Part shown: positions 19,269 to 28,333 of the stretch, piece after piece
How the letters are laid out: every line of letters begins with the position of its first letter
How positions within the stretch are numbered: position 1 is the stretch's first letter
IMG/VR virus record: IMGVR_UViG_3300027956_000026
Coordinates: 1 to 35,499 of that record
Length of the DNA: 35,499 nt
Direction: 5' to 3' (one strand)
From: a virus
Taxonomy: Duplodnaviria > Caudoviricetes
Program-made: the position numbers and the translations under genes
Notes under the pieces: generated by a model
Told to the model about the DNA's origin: nothing
Seen by the model: only the letters and a program-made list of their open reading frames with translations
Database searches by the model: none

Positions 19269-19330
19269 GGGTGAAACTCGTTGTTGTTTGGTGGCTGCTT
19301 CAAGTCGCCCTTGTTGCCGTAAAGGGTTGA
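19265..19330 (+). CDS. 21-aa hydrophobic peptide
   Basis: MRVKLVVVWWLLQVALVAVKG; ATGA-coupled and ends 1 nt before the next ATG. Confidence 0.4.
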   Translation: MRVKLVVVWWLLQVALVAVKG

Positions 19331-19331
19331 T

Positions 19332-19763
19332 ATGTTAGTTGAACTTGCAGCGTGTAACGCAGCTTTTGCCGTCATCAAAGAAACTGTGCAAAACGGTGGC
19401 GACATCATGGCCGCTGGTCAGAAGCTGTTTGACTTTTTTGACAACAAGAACGCCATCCAGAAGAAGGCCAACAGCGGCAACGACATGGAAGCCTTTGCAG
19501 CCCTTGAGCAGATCAAAAACAATGAGGCCGAACTTAAGCGCATGATGGTGTACCACGGTCGTGCAGGGCTTTGGGATGACTGGCTCAAGTTCCAGAAAGA
19601 AGCCAAGCAACGGCGTGAGGCTGAAGAAAAGGCTGAGTTCCGCAAGAAGGCCGCACGTAAAGCAAAGATTTGGCTCACCCTCATGTGGGCCGCTATTGTG
19701 TCTCTGTTGGGTGTTCTCATGACCATCGGCCTTTGGGTCGTGTCGCAATTGAAAGGAAAGTAA
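19332..19763 (+). CDS. Hypothetical protein with C-terminal TM helix
   Basis: 143 aa; charged coiled coil then a hydrophobic segment. Confidence 0.75.
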   Translation: MLVELAACNAAFAVIKETVQNGGDIMAAGQKLFDFFDNKNAIQKKANSGNDMEAFAALEQIKNNEAELKRMMVYHGRAGLWDDWLKFQKEAKQRREAEEKAEFRKKAARKAKIWLTLMWAAIVSLLGVLMTIGLWVVSQLKGK

Positions 19764-20291
19764 ATGCTGTCTCTTATCTCAACCCTTGGAGGTCTGCTGA
19801 TCTCAGGCTTGCCTAAGTTGCTGGAGTATTTTCAGAACAAGGCTGACCAGAAGCACGAACTGGCGCTGGCTGCTGTTCAAACGGAACGTGAATTGGCTTT
19901 GGCTGCTGCTGGTTTTGCTGCCCAAGCCCGTATTGAGGAAATCCGCACTGAGCAAGTCGCAATGCAGACCCATGCTCAGATGGCCGAGGCCGAGGCTGAG
20001 ATGGTAAAAGGCGCTCAAGAGCACGACAAAGCAGTGCTGGCCAAGGCATCCACATGGGTTGCCAACTACATCGGCACCGTCAGACCAACCGTGACCTACA
20101 TCTTCGTGCTGGAACTGGTCTGCATCAACATCTTCTTGTGCTACTACCTGTATACAAACCCAGGTATGATCTCCAGCATGGATGATGTGCTGCGTTACGC
20201 TGACATCATCTTCAGCCCTGACGAGATGGCTATGCTCGGCGGCATCGTGGGGTTTTGGTTCGGGTCAAGAAACTGGGACAAGCGCAAATGA
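19764..20291 (+). CDS. Holin-like membrane protein
   Basis: N-terminal amphipathic helix, VRPTVTY and GFWFGSR motifs typical of 3TM holin-like proteins; upstream of the lysozyme. Confidence 0.7.
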   Translation: MLSLISTLGGLLISGLPKLLEYFQNKADQKHELALAAVQTERELALAAAGFAAQARIEEIRTEQVAMQTHAQMAEAEAEMVKGAQEHDKAVLAKASTWVANYIGTVRPTVTYIFVLELVCINIFLCYYLYTNPGMISSMDDVLRYADIIFSPDEMAMLGGIVGFWFGSRNWDKRK

Positions 20292-20869
20292 TCGGGGTCT
20301 ACGCCATAGTTCATGTGCCAACAAACGTGGGCTACGTTGGCAGCGCCAATGATTTGCGCCGAAGGTTTAAGGAGCACAAAACCTGTTTGCGCGGCGGTCG
20401 GCACCATAGCAAGTACCTGCAAAATGCTTGGAACAAATATGGTGAGCAAAGTTTTGAGTTCAGGACTTTGGCCTGCGCAGAGTCCGCCGTCCAAGCGAGA
20501 GAGTTGGAGCAAGCGTTTCTCGACTGCTTTTACAAGCAAACCATGAACTGCAAACCTTCTGCTGTTGGTTTTCCATCGGGCGACGCACACCACGCAAAAC
20601 GCGACGACTTTCACATGAAGACGGTGATGCAACGCCTTACCCCAGAGGAAAGGCAAGCAAAGTACGGCAAAACCAAAGGCACGAAGCGCGGGGGCCTTCC
20701 TTACGTTGCTGGGTCGGCAAAAAGGCTTGCCGACCCAGAGTTTCGGACAAAATTGAGCGAAGCCTGCAAAGGAAAACGTGAGGTTGTGCAGTGCCCACAC
20801 TGCGGCCTACAAGGCGGCGGAGGCAATATGCGCCGGTATCACTTTGATAAATGCGGGAAAAAGCCGTGA
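20288..20869 (+). CDS. GIY-YIG homing endonuclease
   Basis: GVYAI...YVGSA..L.RRF..H...L..G.H...LQNAWNKYGEQSFEF; C-terminal CPHC...H...C zinc finger. Confidence 0.9.
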   Translation: MIGVYAIVHVPTNVGYVGSANDLRRRFKEHKTCLRGGRHHSKYLQNAWNKYGEQSFEFRTLACAESAVQARELEQAFLDCFYKQTMNCKPSAVGFPSGDAHHAKRDDFHMKTVMQRLTPEERQAKYGKTKGTKRGGLPYVAGSAKRLADPEFRTKLSEACKGKREVVQCPHCGLQGGGGNMRRYHFDKCGKKP

Positions 20870-21369
20870 AAACTTCTGAAGCAGGAATCCATTTGATGCA
20901 CGAGTTTGAGGGCTACCGAAACAAGCCCTACAAATGCAGTGCAAAAATCTGGACCGTTGGGTGGGGCCACGCCATGTACGGCGATCAGCTACGCCTGCCC
21001 AACGTGCGAACAGGAACCTATACCGGGATGATTCGTGATGACTACCAACTCAAGCCCGAGGACAACCGGGTCTGGCCGAAAGAAGAACTGGTTGAGATTT
21101 TCAAAGATGACCTCGTTTCTTTTGAACGCAGTGTTCTTCGACTTGCTCCCAATCTGGCTGGCCATCAGCGCAAGTTTGACGCTTGTGTCGCTCTGGCCTT
21201 CAATGTAGGCTCGGGCAACTTCCAGCGCAGCACCATCCGCCAGAAGATTCTGCGCGAGGACTGGGAAGGCGCTGCCGAGGCGTTCTTGGCTTGGTCCAAG
21301 GCGGGGGGTAAAGTCCTGCCGGGCCTGGTCAGACGCCGCAAGGCCGAGATTGCTCTATTCCTATCGTGA
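20866..21369 (+). CDS. Endolysin, GH24 lysozyme
   Basis: EFEG...PYKCSAKIWTVGWGH, FDACVALAFNVG, LPGLVRRRKAE; GTG start. Confidence 0.93.
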   Translation: MKTSEAGIHLMHEFEGYRNKPYKCSAKIWTVGWGHAMYGDQLRLPNVRTGTYTGMIRDDYQLKPEDNRVWPKEELVEIFKDDLVSFERSVLRLAPNLAGHQRKFDACVALAFNVGSGNFQRSTIRQKILREDWEGAAEAFLAWSKAGGKVLPGLVRRRKAEIALFLS

Positions 21370-21376
21370 GAAACAC

Positions 21377-21616
21377 ATGACACATGATCTGCAAAAATAC
21401 TATGAGGACAGGTTTGACCTGTTCTCCCGCCCAGGCTGGCGCGATTTGATGGAAGACGTTGATGTAATGCTGGAGGCGATGAATAACGTCTCTACCATTG
21501 CGGATGAAAAAAGTCTACAATTTCGCAAAGGTGAGATTTCGATATTGATCTGGCTGAAAACCCTGAAAGGGGTCAGCGAACAGGCGTATGAGGAATTGAA
21601 TGAAAAGAATGTATGA
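21377..21616 (+). CDS. Hypothetical protein of the head module
   Basis: 79-aa helical ORF with GW..L and FRKGE; precedes the scaffold region. Confidence 0.75.
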   Translation: MTHDLQKYYEDRFDLFSRPGWRDLMEDVDVMLEAMNNVSTIADEKSLQFRKGEISILIWLKTLKGVSEQAYEELNEKNV

Positions 21617-21827
21617 ATTTGCCTGCGCTTGCGGGCAGCGCACTGAGGCGCTGGCGGATTATGAGACCGCCAGCGTGCAGTGTGGGTGCGGGGGCACAGC
21701 CCACCGCATCATAAGTGCTCCGTCGATTAACTTGGAGGGGTGGTCGGGCAGCTTTCCGTCTTCATGGCTGAAATTTGACCAAAAGCACCGCACCAAGTTA
21801 GCGGCAGAGCGCAAAGCCAACGCATAA
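21600..21827 (+). CDS. FmdB-like zinc-ribbon protein
   Basis: MYEFACACG...VQCGCGG..HRIISAP. Confidence 0.75.
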   Translation: MKRMYEFACACGQRTEALADYETASVQCGCGGTAHRIISAPSINLEGWSGSFPSSWLKFDQKHRTKLAAERKANA

Positions 21828-21876
21828 GCAACACCGCCGCGTTGATTCTCCTACAACCCAAAAGGCAGGAACCCGT

Positions 21877-22611
21877 ATGTTGATTGATGACGAACCTGAG
21901 TCGCTAGGCGAACTCGAAACAGAAGAAGCTAAGACACCCGAACTTCCGGAGAAATACCGGGCCAAAAGTCTGGAGGAAGTCGTGCGGATGCACCAAGAAG
22001 CTGAAAGGCTGATTGGTAAACAGGCCCAAGAGGTCGGTGAAGTCCGCAAGCTGGCTGACGAGTTGCTCAAGCAGAACCTCGGTGCTAAACAGCAACAACA
22101 GACACAAGATGAACCGGAAGTAGATTTTTTTGAGAACCCGCAAAAGGCGGTTCAAGCAACGATTGATAGGCACCCCGATGTTCTCGCAGCCCGGCAAGCC
22201 GGACTCGATTTCAAACGGATGCAGATTCAGCAAAAGCTGGCGAAAGACCATCCTGACTACTCCCAAGTGGTCAACGATGCTGGTTTCCAAGAGTGGGTGA
22301 AATCTTCACCTGTTCGTGTGGGCCTCTACGCCAAAGCCGATGGTGAGTTTGACTATGATTCGGCCAATGAACTGCTGTCCACATACAAAGAGTTGCGCGG
22401 GGTGAAAGCCCAGCAAGCCTCCACTGCTGACAGCGCCTCCCGCGCCAAGAGCATGAAGGCCGCGCAAGTTGATGTTGGTGGAAGCGGCGAGAGTTCCAAA
22501 CGAGTCTATCGCAGGGCAGACCTGATCCGGCTCAAAATGACCGACCCAGCTCGATACGAGGCGCTGAACGATGAGATTCTGACAGCGTATTCTGAGGGCC
22601 GGGTCCGATGA
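21877..22611 (+). CDS. Capsid scaffolding protein
   Basis: Acidic N-terminus, LPEKY..KS, coiled coil, EILTAYSEGRVR end; directly upstream of the capsid gene. Confidence 0.8.
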   Translation: MLIDDEPESLGELETEEAKTPELPEKYRAKSLEEVVRMHQEAERLIGKQAQEVGEVRKLADELLKQNLGAKQQQQTQDEPEVDFFENPQKAVQATIDRHPDVLAARQAGLDFKRMQIQQKLAKDHPDYSQVVNDAGFQEWVKSSPVRVGLYAKADGEFDYDSANELLSTYKELRGVKAQQASTADSASRAKSMKAAQVDVGGSGESSKRVYRRADLIRLKMTDPARYEALNDEILTAYSEGRVR

Positions 22612-22640
22612 CCTAACTTTTTGATTTTGGAGAATTTAAC

Positions 22641-23582
22641 ATGGCATATCCAACCCCCCAAGTAACGAACACCACCGCTGCAACGTTCATCCCCGAGATT
22701 TGGAGTGATGAAATCATTGCTGCCTATAAGAAGAACCTCGTCATGGCCAATTTGGTCATGAAGATGAACTTCAAGGGCAAAAAAGGCGACACGGTTCACA
22801 TTCCCGCACCAACTCGTGGCAGCGCCTCGCTCAAAGCCTCGTCCACAGCCGTCACTTTGATCGCTGATACCGAGTCGGAAGTCTTGGTTAGCATCAACCG
22901 TCACTTCGAGTACAGCCGATTCATTGAGGACATCACCGAAGCTCAGGCTTTGGCCTCGCTGCGTCAGTTCTACACCTCGGACGCCGGTTACGCCTTGGCC
23001 CGTGCTGTTGACACCGATCTGATCCAGTTGGGTCGTTCGAGCAACGGCGGCGCTGGCACCAACGCTTACGCCACCGGCGCATTTGTTGGTGGTGACGGCA
23101 CTACCGCTTACGTTGCTGGCAGCAACAACGAAAGCGCGTTGACCGATGCAGCCATCCGTCGCACGATCCAGCGTTTGGACGACAACGACACGCCGATGGA
23201 CCAGCGTTTCTTTATCATCCCTCCATCCAGCCGTAACACGCTGATGGGCTTGGCTCGTTACACCGAGCAAGCGTTTGTGGGTGATGGCAACGCTATCCGC
23301 AACGGTGAGATCGGCAACCTGTACGGCATCCCCGTGTTCACGACCAGCAACGCTGACACGACCAGTGGCACAGCCGCCGCCCGTGTGTGCTTGATGGGCC
23401 ACCGTGACTCGATGGTGTTGGTCGAGCAGATCGGCATCCGTTCGCAGACTCAGTACAAGCAAGACTACCTGTCTACCTTGTTCACCAGCGACACACTGTA
23501 TGGTGTTGCCGCGCTGCGTAACGCTGCCTCCGTGGGCGCAGCCAAGTCTGCATCCATGTTTGCCCTCGTTGTGCCAGCCTAA
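22641..23582 (+). CDS. Major capsid protein
   Basis: FIPEIWS, GDTVHIP, GYALARAVD, GEIGNLYGIPV, DTLYGV; strong codon bias; GGAG RBS. Confidence 0.92.
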   Translation: MAYPTPQVTNTTAATFIPEIWSDEIIAAYKKNLVMANLVMKMNFKGKKGDTVHIPAPTRGSASLKASSTAVTLIADTESEVLVSINRHFEYSRFIEDITEAQALASLRQFYTSDAGYALARAVDTDLIQLGRSSNGGAGTNAYATGAFVGGDGTTAYVAGSNNESALTDAAIRRTIQRLDDNDTPMDQRFFIIPPSSRNTLMGLARYTEQAFVGDGNAIRNGEIGNLYGIPVFTTSNADTTSGTAAARVCLMGHRDSMVLVEQIGIRSQTQYKQDYLSTLFTSDTLYGVAALRNAASVGAAKSASMFALVVPA

Positions 23583-23589
23583 CCCCCAC

Positions 23590-23609
23590 ACCCCCCAGAA
23601 ATGGGGGGT
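23590..23609 (+). other. GAAA-tetraloop hairpin after the capsid gene
   Basis: ACCCCCCA-GAAA-TGGGGGGT; only a weak U-tract follows. Confidence 0.5.
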
Positions 23610-23631
23610 ATTAACTTTAAGGAGTTAGATC

Positions 23632-23955
23632 ATGGCAGCAGCAACAGCAATTACTTCCCGTCGCGGGAATGACCAATTCCGAGGTATCTTTTCTGATACT
23701 TGGGCTATCACCTGCACCTTGAACTCGGCCTCTGTGGCTGATCAAGCTGCGGCTACTGACACCGTTGCCGTCCCTGGCGTTGCCTTGGGTGACATGGTGA
23801 TCGGCATGTCGGCCGGTGTTGACGAGGCAGGGCTTGTGCGCCGTGCCTACGTTTCTGCCGCCAACGCGGTAACCATTGCCACGACCAACACCACTGGCGG
23901 TGCGGTTGATTTGGCCGCCACGACCGTTAAGTTGGTCATTGGCCGCATGGTGTAA
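23632..23955 (+). CDS. Probable capsid decoration protein
   Basis: 107-aa Ala/Thr/Val-rich beta protein (VPGVALGD, AYVSAAN.V); AAGGAG RBS; follows the capsid gene. Confidence 0.65.
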   Translation: MAAATAITSRRGNDQFRGIFSDTWAITCTLNSASVADQAAATDTVAVPGVALGDMVIGMSAGVDEAGLVRRAYVSAANAVTIATTNTTGGAVDLAATTVKLVIGRMV

Positions 23956-23960
23956 ATGAC

Positions 23961-23982
23961 AGGGGGCTTCGGCCCCCTTTCT
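23961..23982 (+). terminator. Intrinsic terminator
   Basis: AGGGGGC-TTCG-GCCCCCT followed by TTCT. Confidence 0.75.
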
Positions 23983-23996
23983 ACTGAAAGAAAATC

Positions 23997-24206
23997 ATGG
24001 CTACCTTTCGATGCTTGCAAAGCGGCAACACCGTGACCTTTACACAACAGCATGACATTGACACGATGCGCGGTCATGCCGGTTATGTTCGGGTCGATGA
24101 GAACGGCGAGCTGGTGCAGGTCCAAGAGGCCATCAAAGAATTACCAATGATTGCCTCTGCGCCAGTTAAACGCATGGGCAGACCCCGCAAGGCAGTAACC
24201 ATCTAA
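23997..24206 (+). CDS. Hypothetical protein
   Basis: 69 aa with a KRMGRPRK basic tail. Confidence 0.7.
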   Translation: MATFRCLQSGNTVTFTQQHDIDTMRGHAGYVRVDENGELVQVQEAIKELPMIASAPVKRMGRPRKAVTI

Positions 24207-24216
24207 GGAGCACATC

Positions 24217-24363
24217 ATGCCAATGGTCGGAACAAAGAAGTTTGCCTACACACCCAAGGGCAAAAAAGAAGCCAAAGAGCAGTCGATGAAGTCGGGCAAG
24301 CCCGTCAAGTCCATGCCTGTTGGCGGCGCTCGCACGGCAACCAACAAAGCCAACAAGCGATGA
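24217..24363 (+). CDS. 48-aa Lys-rich protein
   Basis: MPMVGTKKFAYTPKGKKEAK...; AAGGAG RBS; not in the ORF track. Confidence 0.7.
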   Translation: MPMVGTKKFAYTPKGKKEAKEQSMKSGKPVKSMPVGGARTATNKANKR

Positions 24364-24506
24364 AACCCGGCCTCTACGCCAACATCGCAGCCAAGAAAGA
24401 GCGCATAAAAGCGGGTTCTGGCGAGAAGATGCGCAAGCCCGGCGCCAAGGGCGCTCCAACCGCTGCGGCCTTCAAGGCTGCGGCCAAGACGGCGAAAAAG
24501 AAATGA
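24360..24506 (+). CDS. 48-aa Lys/Ala-rich protein
   Basis: MKPGLYANIAAKKERIKAGSGEKMRKPG...; ATGA-coupled at both ends. Confidence 0.7.
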   Translation: MKPGLYANIAAKKERIKAGSGEKMRKPGAKGAPTAAAFKAAAKTAKKK

Positions 24507-24796
24507 AGACCCCAGCCTGGCAGCGCAAAGAAGGACAATCCAAGACCGGAGGCTTGAATGCCAAGGGTCGGGCGTCTTATAATGCGTCAACCGGGGGTGA
24601 TCTCAAAGCTCCCGTGAAGTCGGGCGACAACCCTCGTAGGGCCTCCTTCTTAGCACGCATGGGCAATATGCCTGGGCCTGAGATGAAAGACGGTAAGCCC
24701 ACCCGGCTACTCTTGTCTCTGAAGGCTTGGGGCGCATCGTCCAAAGAGGATGCTAAGGCCAAAGCCAAAGCGATCTCCGCAAGGAACAAGAAATGA
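24503..24796 (+). CDS. Basic hypothetical protein
   Basis: MKTPAWQRKEG...GGLNAKGRAS...RRASFLARM; start moved to ATG 24503. Confidence 0.75.
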   Translation: MKTPAWQRKEGQSKTGGLNAKGRASYNASTGGDLKAPVKSGDNPRRASFLARMGNMPGPEMKDGKPTRLLLSLKAWGASSKEDAKAKAKAISARNKK

Positions 24797-25440
24797 CCTA
24801 CCTTCAACTGATCAATGACGTTCTGGTCCGGCTGCGCGAGACGCAAGTGTCGTCTAGCAACGAAACGGCTTACTCGACCCTGATCGGGCGGTTCGTCAAC
24901 GACGCCAAGCGCCAAGTCGAGGACTCTTTCAGTTGGAACGTGTTGGGGCAGACCATCACGGTCACGACCAACGCTGTTGATTACGTCTACTCACTGACCG
25001 GCGCAGGGCAGAAGTTCCAAGTGATGGATGTGCTGAACGTCACTGACTTAATTCAGATGCAGAACATCTCCTTCGTGGAGATGAACCGTTTTCAGAACCT
25101 GTCGGCCCCCGTCTTGGGCAAGCCCAACTACTACGCCTTTGATGGCGTGGACGGCAACGGCGACACCAAGGCGGTGCTGTTCCCACGGCCAGATGGCGTG
25201 TACACCATCCCCTTCTCGCTGACTGTGCCCCAAGCGCCTTTGGCCTTGGACAGCACAGTGGTGCTGGTGCCTGCTGCGCTTGTCGTGCAAAACGCCTACG
25301 CTCGGGCGTTGGTCGAGCGCGGCGAGGACGGTGGCCTTAACAGCTCCGAGGCGTACCAGCTCTACCGTGGGATGCTGGCCGATCAGATCGCGCTGGAGAG
25401 CACCCGCTACCCAGAGAACCAAGAGTTCATCGCCATATGA
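24793..25440 (+). CDS. Head-tail adaptor (tail tubular protein A-like)
   Basis: MTYLQLINDVLVRLRE start and FPRPDGVY motif; position and size fit. Confidence 0.75.
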   Translation: MTYLQLINDVLVRLRETQVSSSNETAYSTLIGRFVNDAKRQVEDSFSWNVLGQTITVTTNAVDYVYSLTGAGQKFQVMDVLNVTDLIQMQNISFVEMNRFQNLSAPVLGKPNYYAFDGVDGNGDTKAVLFPRPDGVYTIPFSLTVPQAPLALDSTVVLVPAALVVQNAYARALVERGEDGGLNSSEAYQLYRGMLADQIALESTRYPENQEFIAI

Positions 25441-26981
25441 GCCAAGCCCTTCAGACCGCAAGCATCTCAGCGCCAGGCTTTTTTGGCCTGAACACGCAAG
25501 ACTCGCCTTTGGACTTGGCGGCTGGCTTTGCCTTGGTCGCAACGAACTGCATCATTGACCAGTACGGCCGAATCGGCTCGCGCAAGGGCTGGGCACGGGT
25601 CAACGCCTCATCTGGTGCTCTCGGGGCCAACGATGTGGGCGTCATCCATGAGTTGGTGCAGGCTGACGGCACGCTGACTGTGCTGTTTGCAGGCAACAAC
25701 AAGCTGTTCAAGCTGGACGGCTCCAACGCTGTGGTTGAGCTGACCTACGGGGGAGGGGGTGCTGCACCGACGATCACGGCCAGCAACTGGTCGGTGGCTT
25801 CGCTCAACGGCATCACTTACTTCTTCCAGACGGGCCACGACCCGCTGATTTTTGAGCCAGCTTTCAGCACCACGACCTATCGCCGAGTAAGCGAGCACCC
25901 CGGCCACGGCGGGACCACGCCTGCGGGCAACATCGTTATCTCCGCATATGGCCGACTGTGGGTTGCAGACACCGCCACCGACAACGTAACGGTGTTCTTC
26001 TCTGACCTGCTGCTTGGCTACAAGTATTCGGGCGGGTCAGCCGGGTCGCTTAATATCAACCAAGTGTGGCCCAACGGCGCGGATAACATCACGGGTTTGG
26101 CCGCGCACAACAACTTCCTGATCATCTTCGGGCAGCGTCAGATTCTGGTTTACGCAAACGCCACCACGCCTGGCTCAATCACACTGCAAGACACGGTGGG
26201 CGGCATTGGCTGCATCGCCCGCGACTCCATCCAGAGCACGGGCAAGGACGTCTTGTTTTTGTCCAACTCGGGCATCCGGTCGTTCGCCAGGACGATTGTG
26301 GAAAAGTCGGCCCCGTTGGGCGATCTGTCCAAGAACATCCGCAGCGACTTCATGGGTATCGTGGCTGGCGAGCCGCTGGCCAACATCAAGACGGTCTACT
26401 CAGAGGCCGAGGCGTTCTACCTGATCACGCTGCCGTCGGTCAAAGAGGTGTATTGCTTTGATACCCGTCAGCAGTTGCAAGACGGCTCGTTTCGCGTCAC
26501 GGTTTGGAACTCGATTGAGCCCACGGCGCTGCTCTCGCGGCGCAACGGCGAGGTGCTGATTGGCAAGAACGGTTACATCGGCAAGTACGACACGTACAAG
26601 GACCACACCGAAGCCTACCGGATGCAATACTTCACCAACCACGCTGACTTGGGCAACCAGAACATCACGTCGCTCCTGAAGCGTTTGAAGGTGGTGGTGA
26701 TCGGCGGCACAAACCAGTTTGTGACGATGAAGTGGGCCTTTGACTTCAGCACCAACTACTTGTCTGCTAACACGCTAATCCCCTCGCAAGGCATCGTCGA
26801 GTATGGCATTGGCGAGTACGGCATTGCGCAGTATTCGGACGGCGTGGCCTTGCAGACCTTATCGACCAGCGCAAGCGGCAGCGGTAAAATCGTGCAAACC
26901 GGATACGAGGCCAACATCAACGGCGCGCCGCTGTCGATCCAGCGGATTGAAATCCAATCCAAAGATGGGAAGATGACATGA
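25437..26981 (+). CDS. Tail nozzle / DNA stabilization protein
   Basis: 514-aa beta-rich protein (GLNTQDS, GRLW, GIGCIARDSI) after the adaptor. Confidence 0.75.
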   Translation: MSQALQTASISAPGFFGLNTQDSPLDLAAGFALVATNCIIDQYGRIGSRKGWARVNASSGALGANDVGVIHELVQADGTLTVLFAGNNKLFKLDGSNAVVELTYGGGGAAPTITASNWSVASLNGITYFFQTGHDPLIFEPAFSTTTYRRVSEHPGHGGTTPAGNIVISAYGRLWVADTATDNVTVFFSDLLLGYKYSGGSAGSLNINQVWPNGADNITGLAAHNNFLIIFGQRQILVYANATTPGSITLQDTVGGIGCIARDSIQSTGKDVLFLSNSGIRSFARTIVEKSAPLGDLSKNIRSDFMGIVAGEPLANIKTVYSEAEAFYLITLPSVKEVYCFDTRQQLQDGSFRVTVWNSIEPTALLSRRNGEVLIGKNGYIGKYDTYKDHTEAYRMQYFTNHADLGNQNITSLLKRLKVVVIGGTNQFVTMKWAFDFSTNYLSANTLIPSQGIVEYGIGEYGIAQYSDGVALQTLSTSASGSGKIVQTGYEANINGAPLSIQRIEIQSKDGKMT

Positions 26982-28042
26982 CAAATTACGTACAAAGCAC
27001 CAACTTCGCTACTAAGGACGCGCTGCCGTCTGGCGATCCGCTGAAGATCGTCAAAGGCACCGAGATCAACACGGAGTTCAACAACATCGCCGTGGCGGTG
27101 GCGACTAAGGCTGATACAGCGTCGCCTACGTTGACATCCCCCACGCTGGTAACGCCTGCGCTCGGTACGCCTACAAGCGGTGTAATGACCAACGTGACGG
27201 GTCTGCCGATTGTGGCGGGGACAACCGGAACGCTCTCCGTTGCGCGTGGCGGTACTGGTGTTACAGCCTCAACTGGCACGGGCAACGTAGTGTTGTCCAG
27301 CAGCCCAACGCTGGTATCCCCCGCCTTGGGAACTCCGACATCTGGCAACTTGGCCAACTGCACATTTCCCACGTTGAACCAAAACACAACGGGCAACGCA
27401 GCCACGGCGACGAATCCGCAGTCAGGTGGGTCGTTTATCACATCAAGCAACATCGGCGGTCAGTCCGTCGCCTTTGCTACAAACGCTACGAACGCTACGA
27501 ACGCGACAAACGCGACAACCGCTACGAACGCAACGAACGCTACGAACGCTACGAACGCGAGTGTCGCCAATAGTATTACCGCCAATGCACTTGCACAAAT
27601 TTACCCAGTGGGCTCCATCTACATCAACGCAGGTGTGACAACCAACCCAGCTACATTGTTTGGCTTTGGTACTTGGGTAGCCTTTGGTGCTGGCCGCGTC
27701 ATGGTCGGCTTGAATGGCAGCGACGCTTTGTTTGACGCGCTGGAAGAGACTGGCGGTAGCAAGGACGCTACTCTGGTTAGCCACACTCACAGTGCGACTT
27801 CGACGGTAAGTGACCCCGGCCACAACCACACGCTTTCAGGCCGCGAACACGCTCTTGCTTCTGGCAACGCAAACGAATTTGCCGACACTGGCGCTGCGGA
27901 AAGTTTCAGCAACAATACTTCCGTAAAAACTGCCACCACAGGCATTACGGTTGCTACAACAGTTGCTTCCGCAGGCTCCAGCGCCACCAACGCTAACCTC
28001 CAGCCGTATATCACCGTGGCGATGTGGAAGCGCACTGCATGA
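26978..28042 (+). CDS. Short tail fibre / needle-like protein
   Basis: EINTEFNNIA N-terminus, SPTLVTPALGTP repeats, IYPVGSIY...HTH...HNH...NLQPYITV C-terminal domain. Confidence 0.8.
   Translation: MTNYVQSTNFATKDALPSGDPLKIVKGTEINTEFNNIAVAVATKADTASPTLTSPTLVTPALGTPTSGVMTNVTGLPIVAGTTGTLSVARGGTGVTASTGTGNVVLSSSPTLVSPALGTPTSGNLANCTFPTLNQNTTGNAATATNPQSGGSFITSSNIGGQSVAFATNATNATNATNATTATNATNATNATNASVANSITANALAQIYPVGSIYINAGVTTNPATLFGFGTWVAFGAGRVMVGLNGSDALFDALEETGGSKDATLVSHTHSATSTVSDPGHNHTLSGREHALASGNANEFADTGAAESFSNNTSVKTATTGITVATTVASAGSSATNANLQPYITVAMWKRTA
27476..27559 (+). repeat. 9-bp tandem repeat encoding (Ala-Thr-Asn)n
   Basis: About nine GCTACGAAC-like units. Confidence 0.85.
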
Positions 28043-28332
28043 TCACCCACCACTTCAGCGATGGTCTGTACGCCAAGCAAGCGGTTATCCCCGCAGGCAC
28101 AGCCATTCTGAAGCACACGCATGAGTTCAGCCACCTGTCTATTCTTGCCAGTGGCAAGGTGGCGGTGATGAAGGGCGAAGATATAGAAGTCATTGAGGCC
28201 CCGGCCTGCATTGAGATCAAGGCTGGTTTGACGCACGGCGTCAAGGCGATCACGGATTGCGTTTGGTTTTGTATTCACGCCACCGACGAGAAAGACCCGT
28301 CAAAGGTGGACGACGTTTTGATTGGAGTTTGA
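28039..28332 (+). CDS. Cupin-fold protein
   Basis: HTHEFSHLSILASG...IKAGLTHGV; ATGA-coupled. Confidence 0.75.
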   Translation: MITHHFSDGLYAKQAVIPAGTAILKHTHEFSHLSILASGKVAVMKGEDIEVIEAPACIEIKAGLTHGVKAITDCVWFCIHATDEKDPSKVDDVLIGV

Positions 28333-28333
28333 T

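Noticed and set aside
22506-23591. 361-aa antisense ORF over the capsid gene
   Set aside because: Expected from strong codon bias in a GC-rich gene; no start signals or motifs.
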